Below the pieces are notes generated by a model that made no database searches, was not told the DNA's origin, and worked only from the letters and a program-made list of their open reading frames with translations. Positions 55,724 to 62,689 of a DNA stretch of 62,689 nucleotides are shown here, piece after piece. A program made the position numbers and the translations under genes. The first letter of the stretch is position 1; the number at the start of each line of letters is the position of its first letter. This DNA is from a virus (Duplodnaviria; Caudoviricetes), in the IMG/VR virus record IMGVR_UViG_3300009506_000027, positions 1 through 62,689 of that record. One strand, 5' to 3'.

Positions 55724-56322
55724 TAGGACAGGTCCCCCAGGCTGTATCCAAGTGCCTTCAACTCGTCGTCGTGGTAGCGATTGATCCAGTCAATCGCACC
55801 GGATGTGAAATAGGACGCCTTGTGTTCGGTCGGCTTCCCCGGCGTCACGTTTTTGCGCTGCATTTCCCCCTCCTGCAACGGCATGAGCCCCTGGGAGAAG
55901 AAGAATAGCGCGAGGTCATCCTCCAAGTTCTCATAGCGGAGGACTCTCTTCATCCCAGGGAGGCGTTCCCAGTAGAACCTGAACATCCTTCCCCGGTTGG
56001 GGAAATATTTGATCCCCCTGACCATGAAGTCGTTCAGGAACTCCACCGAAACCCGGTCGCCCCCGCCCTCGGTCCACTGCCACCAATGGGAAAGGATGGC
56101 GTCGAAAGGGTTTCGCACGGTGAAGACGTAGTAGAAGTCCTCCGGCCTAGAAATCCACCAACGCCTGTAATCATGGCTTTTGTAGGGCCTGAGAACCCAC
56201 GGGCTGTCGTGGTGGCCCCCCAGGGGGTCAAAGCCCCTCGCACGGAGTAGGGGTACGGTGGCGGTGGACCCAACGCACTGGTGGTGCAGGAATACGATGC
56301 GCTTGTCGAAGTGAATGTCCAT
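55723..56322 (-). CDS. Sulfotransferase family 2-like protein (degenerate 5'-PSB loop)
   Basis: IVFLH..., VRNPFD..LS, LRYENLEDD and D...LGY motifs. Confidence 0.75.
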   Translation of the reverse strand: MDIHFDKRIVFLHHQCVGSTATVPLLRARGFDPLGGHHDSPWVLRPYKSHDYRRWWISRPEDFYYVFTVRNPFDAILSHWWQWTEGGGDRVSVEFLNDFMVRGIKYFPNRGRMFRFYWERLPGMKRVLRYENLEDDLALFFFSQGLMPLQEGEMQRKNVTPGKPTEHKASYFTSGAIDWINRYHDDELKALGYSLGDLS

Positions 56323-56531
56323 TACTCGCCGCGCTCCCTCCTCCACTGCCAGAGCTTCCGCTGGTGGTTCTTGAAGCGCTTGTACTCACGGACCCTCCCC
56401 AGCCACCGGAGGGCCATGCGGAAGTCTCGTTTCGCCTCACGGTCCATGGATGACTTGTCGGCGTGGTGTAGGGCCCGTTCGATAGCGCGGAGGACACGTT
56501 TACTGGTGTGTGGGCGTCGGATCTTTTCCAT
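56322..56531 (-). CDS. Small basic protein
   Basis: MEKIRRPH...; coupled between the two sulfotransferase-like genes. Confidence 0.6.
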   Translation of the reverse strand: MEKIRRPHTSKRVLRAIERALHHADKSSMDREAKRDFRMALRWLGRVREYKRFKNHQRKLWQWRRERGE

Positions 56532-56533
56532 AG

Positions 56534-57136
56534 CTAGACCCTGTATCCCAACACCAGCATTTCGTGGCGGTAGCGTGAGGCCAGGAGGTCTAGGGCCTCG
56601 GGGGTATAGTGTTCCTTCCATGTGCCCGCAGGCTTCCCTACGGTCATGTGCTTCGGGTCGCGCTGAAGCTCCCCCATGGACGCGGGCTCCAGATCGAAGG
56701 TCTTCAGAAACTCCACCGTGTCCATCCTGAGCAATTCGTACCGGAGGGTGACGGCGTTCGGGCAGTCCCACACGAAACGCCACATTCTCCGGTTGCACGG
56801 GAACAGTCTGGTCTGATGCTTGGGAAACTCCTCCAGGAACACGGGGCAGACCTTTTCCTGATTGGCCTCGGGAAACTGATGCTTGTACTGAGCCCACCAG
56901 GTCAGCATGGCGTCCCCATGGTGCCGTACCATATAGGCGAAGGACCACTGGGAGGGGTCCGAGTCCCACCAGGCCCGCATCTGGGGGCTTTCGATGTAGG
57001 TGTGGAGATTGCGCGGCCCCTCGTGCCGGGAGCCGATCATCTTGAACCCACGCTTGAACAGCAGGTTCTCCCAGAAGCGCGACGCTGCTGTGGCGTGGAG
57101 GGGAAAGGCGATCTTCTTTTCGACGTGGATGAGCAT
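56534..57136 (-). CDS. Second, more divergent sulfotransferase-like protein
   Basis: MLIHVEKKIAF, VRHHGD, LRYE and WKEHYTPE...RYRHEM..LGY; TGATG coupling. Confidence 0.7.
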   Translation of the reverse strand: MLIHVEKKIAFPLHATAASRFWENLLFKRGFKMIGSRHEGPRNLHTYIESPQMRAWWDSDPSQWSFAYMVRHHGDAMLTWWAQYKHQFPEANQEKVCPVFLEEFPKHQTRLFPCNRRMWRFVWDCPNAVTLRYELLRMDTVEFLKTFDLEPASMGELQRDPKHMTVGKPAGTWKEHYTPEALDLLASRYRHEMLVLGYRV

Positions 57137-57351
57137 CAGGACTGGCCCCCCGCCCCACCGTCCTGAACCGTGACGGGAGGGCGGGAAGTCGCGGTGCCCT
57201 GTACCTTCAGGTTCATCAACATCAACTTGACGAAATTCTTGGTAAGCTCCAATTCGTAGCGGACGCCCAGGTTGTTGCAGGCGGGGCATCCAGCGCCATC
57301 GCACGCCTCACACTGTTTCGGCGTGACCTTCATATCTCCAGGAAGAAGCAT
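57136..57351 (-). CDS. Small protein with DnaJ-type CxxCxGxG zinc finger
   Basis: CEACDGAGCPACNNLG. Confidence 0.65.
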   Translation of the reverse strand: MLLPGDMKVTPKQCEACDGAGCPACNNLGVRYELELTKNFVKLMLMNLKVQGTATSRPPVTVQDGGAGGQS

Positions 57352-57360
57352 CTTGCTCTC

Positions 57361-57645
57361 CTAAAGTGGTAGTGGAATCTGCTGCCAGCGTTCGCGCCAG
57401 CCGCGCCGTACTGTATCCCTCACAAGGTCCTCGACAGGAATCCACCTGGCGATGGGAACGACCTTGGTTACTGGGACCTTCGTGCCCCTGGCCTTCTCCT
57501 TGATCCAGTCGTTGAGGAGCTTGGAGTCCGCCCCCCGGCAGACCCCGATAGCAACCTCGCCATTCAATTTCCCAAGCGTGACGGCCCGGAAGGGGGTTTT
57601 CTTATCCCCCAGGAACACCTTATCCCCCTGCTTGATGTTCACCAT
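57361..57645 (-). CDS. Hypothetical protein
   Basis: Coupled ORF with RBS. Confidence 0.65.
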   Translation of the reverse strand: MVNIKQGDKVFLGDKKTPFRAVTLGKLNGEVAIGVCRGADSKLLNDWIKEKARGTKVPVTKVVPIARWIPVEDLVRDTVRRGWRERWQQIPLPL

Positions 57646-57653
57646 CCATCCCC

Positions 57654-58400
57654 CTATTGCATGGTCACGAATTGAACCGCGTGGAAATCCTTCCTCGGTA
57701 GCACCACATTCAGAAGCTCAGGGTGGTCGTTGAGCAGTGCCATCCTGGTCGCTGGGACGGCGGCTGGGTTCCACGGTGCCAGAATATCGGGCAGGATCCA
57801 GTTGACCTCAAACTCAGGTAGGGGCGTCCCCCCGAGGTCCGGGCATGGGGGGTCGTTGATGCTCTTGGCAGTAGCGTCCGTACCGTAGCCACCCTGGTAG
57901 GCGCAGAGGGCGAAGACCTCGTCCTCCAGAACGTTAATCATGGGCGGATATTCGTACTGGGGCCAAGCGGCGTCGGGCGCACGGTTGAATCCGTACCCCA
58001 TAATGAAGAGGATCGGGTTGGCCGTGACGTCCAGGTGCCAGTTGCCCTGCCGTAGTACCTGGATCTTCAGCGTGTCGGGCGAATAGACGCCAAGGGTGTC
58101 CATTACTGAGTGAACCACTACCGCCGAAATGCGGCTCTCGTCGCTTACCGTCACGGAAATCGAAGAGGGCGTGAAGCTACTGTCAGCAGCGATGGCCCAG
58201 ATCGGACAGGACACCTGCATCCCGACGTAGCCATCCATCCGGTATCCCCCGCCCTGCTCACGCATGGGACAGTTGTGCCCGATCCCGGCGATGGTTCCGT
58301 ATGCGGTACCGTTGATGGTGATGGTGGCCTGCTGACCCGGAAGGGGGTCGTGTACTAGAGCGAGCGCAGCGAAGACTGCCAGCCAGCGAAGGTGCTTCAT
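57654..58400 (-). CDS. Exported protein with signal peptide
   Basis: GAGGA RBS; MKHLRWLAVFAALAL; beta-rich with four Cys. Confidence 0.7.
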   Translation of the reverse strand: MKHLRWLAVFAALALVHDPLPGQQATITINGTAYGTIAGIGHNCPMREQGGGYRMDGYVGMQVSCPIWAIAADSSFTPSSISVTVSDESRISAVVVHSVMDTLGVYSPDTLKIQVLRQGNWHLDVTANPILFIMGYGFNRAPDAAWPQYEYPPMINVLEDEVFALCAYQGGYGTDATAKSINDPPCPDLGGTPLPEFEVNWILPDILAPWNPAAVPATRMALLNDHPELLNVVLPRKDFHAVQFVTMQ

Positions 58401-58411
58401 GTGGTTTCCTC

Positions 58412-58717
58412 CTAGAGGGTGGGGATGATGGTGAGAAAGGCAAGGACGGCATAAACATGGCAGAGAACCGGCCCAGCCATGTCCCCTATGCCGTCCCGGA
58501 CGGCGCGACGCATGGGGTGTCCTTTGACCTTGTGCGTCTTCCAGTTGGATCCCTCGCGCACCCCGAACCCAAGCATCAGGGCCTCGGAAATGAACACTCC
58601 GGCCAGGGGGTGGACGTGGGTGCCAAGGTAGGTGAACGGGGCGCAGATCAGTAGGTGGGACAACCAAGATAGCGGGTCGTTCCTGCCAATTTGCTGCTGG
58701 ATTTCTGAGAGATTCAT
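58412..58717 (-). CDS. Small membrane protein
   Basis: Hydrophobic segments with an H...RE...D pattern. Confidence 0.65.
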   Translation of the reverse strand: MNLSEIQQQIGRNDPLSWLSHLLICAPFTYLGTHVHPLAGVFISEALMLGFGVREGSNWKTHKVKGHPMRRAVRDGIGDMAGPVLCHVYAVLAFLTIIPTL

Positions 58718-58795
58718 AGCCCCTGGTGTTGCTGAGTGTGCCCCAATGTTAGCAAAGATGGCCCCGTTTCATAGTGAAAGGCAAGAGTCTGTTCC

Positions 58796-59068
58796 CTACC
58801 CGCCGTTGACCATAGTATTCGCGGGCGTCTTGATGTAGCAGAGCGTCCGCAGGCTATCCATGTCCACCACCTGGATATGCAGCAAATTCGTGAGCGAATC
58901 TATCTGCCGGTTCTGCCGAACCAATAGCTGCCGCTGCACCGTCCACTCCCGCTCTAGCTCCTCGTGGTGGCGAATGTGGCTCACCATGGCGAACGCCGCC
59001 CAACCGTAGCCCGTGACGATAAAGAGCCAAGTGAGGATGGTCTTCGCCGCAAATAGCTTCTTTTTCAT
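58796..59068 (-). CDS. Membrane-anchored coiled-coil protein
   Basis: MKKKLF followed by a TM segment; ATG 59068. Confidence 0.65.
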   Translation of the reverse strand: MKKKLFAAKTILTWLFIVTGYGWAAFAMVSHIRHHEELEREWTVQRQLLVRQNRQIDSLTNLLHIQVVDMDSLRTLCYIKTPANTMVNGG

Positions 59069-59280
59069 TTCACCAGTCGCTTTCTCAGGTATCCCCACGT
59101 CAGGGTTACAACCCCGTCGCCGTCCAGGATGATCTTTGCCCACTTCCATGAAATACCGCAGGCACGGACAAACTTCCGCGCCTCCTCCTCGGTCGTCGGA
59201 ATCCAGCGAGCGTTTTGGTGGCGTATCCTAATGTGGTCCTTGACCCGGAACGCCTGGCTTTTCGGAATCGTTTCGTACAC
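59065..59280 (-). CDS. Hypothetical protein
   Basis: AGGAGG RBS; ATGA overlap. Confidence 0.65.
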   Translation of the reverse strand: MYETIPKSQAFRVKDHIRIRHQNARWIPTTEEEARKFVRACGISWKWAKIILDGDGVVTLTWGYLRKRLVK

Positions 59281-59395
59281 GGTTTGCCTCCTGTACCATC
59301 CGATTCAACCCCAGCATCAGCCAGGCGATGATGAAGGGTGTCACGACCCCAATAATCCACCCGAGAATCAGGGATGGTGCGTCAAGGTTTGCCAT
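59228..59395 (-). CDS. 55-aa single-TM protein
   Basis: MANLDAPSLILGWIIGVVTPFIIAWLMLG...; TGATG coupling. Confidence 0.55.
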   Translation of the reverse strand: MANLDAPSLILGWIIGVVTPFIIAWLMLGLNRMVQEANRVRNDSEKPGVPGQGPH

Positions 59396-59610
59396 CAATC
59401 GGGCTCCGCTTCCAAAAGGTCATTGGCTCTGACCCACCTCTTGCGGGTCACATAGCCCCAAACAATCACTTCTACTAGGACACGGTGGCCCTGCACTTTG
59501 ATAACCGTGCAGGGCGTCCCCATGCCCGTACCGCCCTCCCTGGGGTCGGGTTTCAGGATCAGGGTGTCCCCCACCTCGGGGGGTGGGGCTGGGGTTCCGC
59601 TCGCGGTCAT
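59395..59610 (-). CDS. SH3/KOW-like small protein
   Basis: EVGD...TVIKVQG.RVLVE pattern. Confidence 0.55.
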   Translation of the reverse strand: MTASGTPAPPPEVGDTLILKPDPREGGTGMGTPCTVIKVQGHRVLVEVIVWGYVTRKRWVRANDLLEAEPD

Positions 59611-59825
59611 TACGGCATTAGCTCCGCTCTGATGTTGGCCCTCACCCCGAAGTATTGCCTGAACCGTGCCAACGCCCGCTCCCTGGCCTCGGGGAAGGTC
59701 CCATCCGACGAATAAAGATAGCTCCCTTTCGCCGGATCGTCGGCAAGAATTTCCCAGAAGCCCTCACCCCTCGGCTCTGTCTTGTGGGCGCTCTTGTAGC
59801 GGTCGGTGCTGACTTCGATCGCCAT
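59610..59825 (-). CDS. Hypothetical protein
   Basis: AAGGAGG RBS; H...PRG.G.W motif. Confidence 0.7.
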   Translation of the reverse strand: MAIEVSTDRYKSAHKTEPRGEGFWEILADDPAKGSYLYSSDGTFPEARERALARFRQYFGVRANIRAELMP

Positions 59826-59827
59826 GG

Positions 59828-60214
59828 CTACGCCTCCTTCCAGTCGGGTGCCATGCAAACCTCTACGCCCCGTTCCTGGAGGAATTGCGCTGCCAGGGCC
59901 GCGCTCGCCACCTCCTTGTCGGAGAGAGTGGGGAGCCCCTGGATGTAGGCATAGAGCCTCACGGTGGGGACATGGGACAACACCCCCACCAGGAGGATCC
60001 GCCCCAGGAGGAGGTCCCTGGGTCCAGGCTCATCCGTGATGACGTGGACCCGCACCAGATCCTTGGTGTCCACAATCCTGTCACGGATCTCCCGTACTAG
60101 GGCGATCGTGGCCCTCCACCGCTCCCCTTCTTCAAACTTCCCCCGCACGTCCAGGCAGAAGACGTGCAGCCGCACTCCCCCGCCGCCATCGCAAACCGCG
60201 TCGTCATATTTCAT
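59828..60214 (-). CDS. Hypothetical protein
   Basis: Coupled ORF. Confidence 0.6.
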   Translation of the reverse strand: MKYDDAVCDGGGGVRLHVFCLDVRGKFEEGERWRATIALVREIRDRIVDTKDLVRVHVITDEPGPRDLLLGRILLVGVLSHVPTVRLYAYIQGLPTLSDKEVASAALAAQFLQERGVEVCMAPDWKEA

Positions 60215-60278
60215 CTAGTCGTGTTCTCCCAGAATGATGTAGAGAATTGCCAGGATCACCATGAGCTTCACGGGCCCC

Positions 60279-60683
60279 CTACCGTTCCTGGCAGTCGCAA
60301 GACTGGCCGTAGGGCTGCGACCCCCAGTGGCTATACGAACCGAACGTGTCCCGGTGGGACCGCTCGAAATCAGTCTGCCCCCGGTAGTCTGCCATGGACG
60401 TTTTGATGCGAGCCCGACCGTTGATCCGGTAGCAGGCCCGCATGAACGCCCGATGCCCGTGCCAACATACGGCCCCAGGCACCCGCCTGTACTGACCGTC
60501 TTTGTTCTTCTGATGCCGGGACCGGCGACCCCACTTGACCGGCAAGCCGGTGGTGGTGGGGCCGTGGGTCCTGAGCGTGAACCGGAACGCCCGTCCATCC
60601 TTCACGGGCTCATCGGAAAGCCTCACGCCCGCACTGGCGGCGGCGTGCTGGATCTCTGCCGCCGTGAGTCCCCAGACTTTCAT
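60279..60683 (-). CDS. Hypothetical protein (CWHGH motif)
   Basis: ORF with RBS; AVCWHGH...CDC. Confidence 0.7.
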   Translation of the reverse strand: MKVWGLTAAEIQHAAASAGVRLSDEPVKDGRAFRFTLRTHGPTTTGLPVKWGRRSRHQKNKDGQYRRVPGAVCWHGHRAFMRACYRINGRARIKTSMADYRGQTDFERSHRDTFGSYSHWGSQPYGQSCDCQER

Positions 60684-60968
60684 CTATTCTCCCCCTTCCC
60701 CACCCGCCATGGCCCCATGGACGCGCTCACAAGCCTCCTGAAGGGCTTTGACGTGCGACCTGACCACGTAGTCGGATCCGCAGTCCGGGACCGGCGTGCG
60801 GTATTCTAGGAGGGTTTCTGCGGCCTCCAGGAGTCCGGTCATACCCTCAAAGATGTTCGCCACGTACCGAAGCTCCGCAGCGTCTTCCGCTTCACCAAAC
60901 TCGGCGGTGTCGTCGGCGTAGTCCCGGAGCCGCACCGCACACAATACCAACCGTTCGTTGACCGTCAT
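60684..60968 (-). CDS. Hypothetical protein
   Basis: Coupled ORF. Confidence 0.65.
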   Translation of the reverse strand: MTVNERLVLCAVRLRDYADDTAEFGEAEDAAELRYVANIFEGMTGLLEAAETLLEYRTPVPDCGSDYVVRSHVKALQEACERVHGAMAGGEGGE

Positions 60969-61243
60969 TAGGACCCCCGGATTGCAGGATGATCCGGGCC
61001 GTACTTCTCCCGGAGGAAATCGGAGGTAATGGCGGTAAACTCCACGCCATCAATCCCCCGCAGAATGTCCGACGCCTCAACGTCCACCAGATCCCCCTTC
61101 GCATCCCACTTGGCCCAGAGCCGCCGCCCCGCCAGGGTGGAGCACGGCCAGGACGCCCCCGGCCTGGAAGCCCAGGCCAGGGTGTCGTTCTCGGTGAGCC
61201 AAAGCTGGGTGCAGCCGTCCGCTGCCTGCCATTGCGCCATCAT
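60968..61243 (-). CDS. Hypothetical protein (WASRPGASWPCSTL)
   Basis: TAATG coupling on both sides. Confidence 0.7.
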   Translation of the reverse strand: MMAQWQAADGCTQLWLTENDTLAWASRPGASWPCSTLAGRRLWAKWDAKGDLVDVEASDILRGIDGVEFTAITSDFLREKYGPDHPAIRGS

Positions 61244-62115
61244 TAGACGGCCACCCTTTCCACCCTCACGGGCTCAACGTCGATGCCCGCCAGGGCACCG
61301 GCACCGTGGTTGATGGGGGCAGGGGGTAGCACGGCACGCCCCGCCATCAGGTCGTCCACCACCATCCGGCGCTCAGTGGCCTCCACCACCAGATCCAGGA
61401 GGCCGTGCAGCCGGGTGGTGCGCTTCGTCAGGTCCAGTTGGTTCGATCCCTTGAAGACCTCGGTATAGGCGTTCAGCAGGGACCAAAGGTTGCGGGGGAG
61501 GAAGTCGGCATGATCGGGCTCGCGCCACGCCTGAAGAACCTTGGTGATGGTGGCGTTCGCCATAACCTGATAGTCCACCGACCGAATCAGAATGTCGTGG
61601 GCCATCACGTCGGTAACGTCGGTCATCTTGTAGGCAGCGATCCGCCTGTCCTGGGATACCTTGGCCTCATGCAGCCGACCCAGGCCCTCAAACAGAAGCC
61701 GGTCCAGGTCCCGCATGATCCAACGAGTGTGCTTGCGGAAGACCACAATGTCTCCGCTGAAGGCCATGTTGTCGCAGACAAACACGCGGCTACCGCAAGC
61801 GAGCCCAGCACTGAACCGCTTGTTGTGAGCGTTGCGGATCCCCAGGATGACCTCATAGTCAGGCAGGACCATCCCGGAGGTGCCATTGCTCAGGGAAATG
61901 ACGCCGAACATCATTTCCCCTTCGTCGCCCCAGAGCCCATAGCTCTGGTCGTGGACCTGAAGGCCGATGCCTTCCAGGTTGCCCACCACGGCATCAATCA
62001 GGGCACCGTGGGGGATCGGGTAATGGGTGTCGGTGGGGGCTGGGGTTTCTACGGCGTAGACCTCCTCAACGGGAACACGGTTCGCGCCGCAGTGCAGACA
62101 CAGTGGGTTTCTCAT
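61243..62115 (-). CDS. DUF932/DUF945-family protein
   Basis: PIPH, GIRNAH, RVFVCDN, RKHT and WSLLNAYT motifs. Confidence 0.8.
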   Translation of the reverse strand: MRNPLCLHCGANRVPVEEVYAVETPAPTDTHYPIPHGALIDAVVGNLEGIGLQVHDQSYGLWGDEGEMMFGVISLSNGTSGMVLPDYEVILGIRNAHNKRFSAGLACGSRVFVCDNMAFSGDIVVFRKHTRWIMRDLDRLLFEGLGRLHEAKVSQDRRIAAYKMTDVTDVMAHDILIRSVDYQVMANATITKVLQAWREPDHADFLPRNLWSLLNAYTEVFKGSNQLDLTKRTTRLHGLLDLVVEATERRMVVDDLMAGRAVLPPAPINHGAGALAGIDVEPVRVERVAV

Positions 62116-62120
62116 TTCCG

Positions 62121-62426
62121 CTACTCGCTTTCTGCCCCTTGGGGGCTATGGGTCCTGGGGGTCCTCCCAATGGGGTAGGGGGATGTATAAGCCAGGACGA
62201 TAAATTCCTCCAGGTCGCTGCGCTCGCAGTCCTGGATCTCAAAATTCTCAAAAAGGAAGAAGTTGGTGATTAGCTCGCTCACCACGGGATCAGCAGCGGA
62301 GGGAATCTTGCGCCCCTTCTTGTTGCAGCAGTCCTTCACGGCGACCGGGGCACGGTTGAAGAACAGAACCTCAACGCGCCCCAGGTCCACCACCGCCGCA
62401 CTCTCTGTCAGTATGAAGAGTCTCAC
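62121..62426 (-). CDS. Hypothetical protein
   Basis: GGGAGG RBS before GTG. Confidence 0.55.
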   Translation of the reverse strand: MRLFILTESAAVVDLGRVEVLFFNRAPVAVKDCCNKKGRKIPSAADPVVSELITNFFLFENFEIQDCERSDLEEFIVLAYTSPYPIGRTPRTHSPQGAESE

Positions 62427-62479
62427 TCGCTCGCCTCCCGTCCAGGGTTGACACTACAAAACAACTGGTTACAGTAATA

Positions 62480-62508
62480 ACGATAACGAAACGTGAACAA
62501 GGCGTCAA
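62480..62508 (-). promoter_or_regulatory. Leftward promoter of the right arm
   Basis: TTGACG-17 bp-TATCGT on the minus strand. Confidence 0.6.
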
Positions 62509-62525
62509 GTCGATAACGGGCCGAC

Positions 62526-62685
62526 ACTGTAAACGATTGCCCGTACTAGCTTTATGAATCGGTGAGGCTGTTTGAAAAATCGGAAACCGCGCCCGTACTG
62601 GAAACCCGTGGGAATCCGAGTCCAGGAATGTGAGCCCGTACTGTGAACGATCGCCCGTACTGACTGTGAACGATCGCCCGTACTG
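62526..62685. repeat. GCCCGTACT-core repeat array with a 23-bp tandem unit
   Basis: Core at 62539, 62591, 62634, 62653 and 62676; ACTGTGAACGATCGCCCGTACTG x2 at 62640-62685; variant at 62526-62548. Confidence 0.9.
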
Positions 62686-62689
62686 ACTT

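Noticed and set aside
62526-62689. CRISPR array
   Set aside because: The units are directly tandem or irregularly spaced, with no unique spacers and no cas genes.
1-62689. Stop-codon reassignment
   Set aside because: Core genes are intact under the standard code, and TAG, TGA and TAA all terminate coupled genes.

Overview
A near-complete, high-GC tailed (siphovirus-like) phage genome. It is broken inside a gene at the left end and inside a short repeat array at the right end. Layout: leftward small genes (1-1580); a divergent control region; a rightward array of small accessory genes (MazG-like, SSB, SLOG, HAD phosphatase); an ~850-nt GOLLD-like structured RNA with an atypical tRNA-Ile nested in it (10510-11360); GpA-type terminase, portal, scaffold, capsid and tail genes including a 2638-aa tail-tip protein; a 10-kb cassette of LamG and beta-strand-repeat fibre proteins; an M15 endolysin; a recombination/replication block (YqaJ, Gp3-like, short initiator, DnaB, RuvC-like); and a leftward arm with an odd tyrosine recombinase, two degenerate sulfotransferase-fold genes and DUF932. 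The strongest leads are the GOLLD-like RNA with its nested G32/C33 tRNA, a second programmed -1 frameshift outside the tail module (11851), a tyrosine recombinase domain apparently nested inside a dead copy of itself, an iteron-like origin 43 kb from its truncated initiator, and the repeat-scaffold fibre system. All family calls come from motif recognition by eye; no searches were run.
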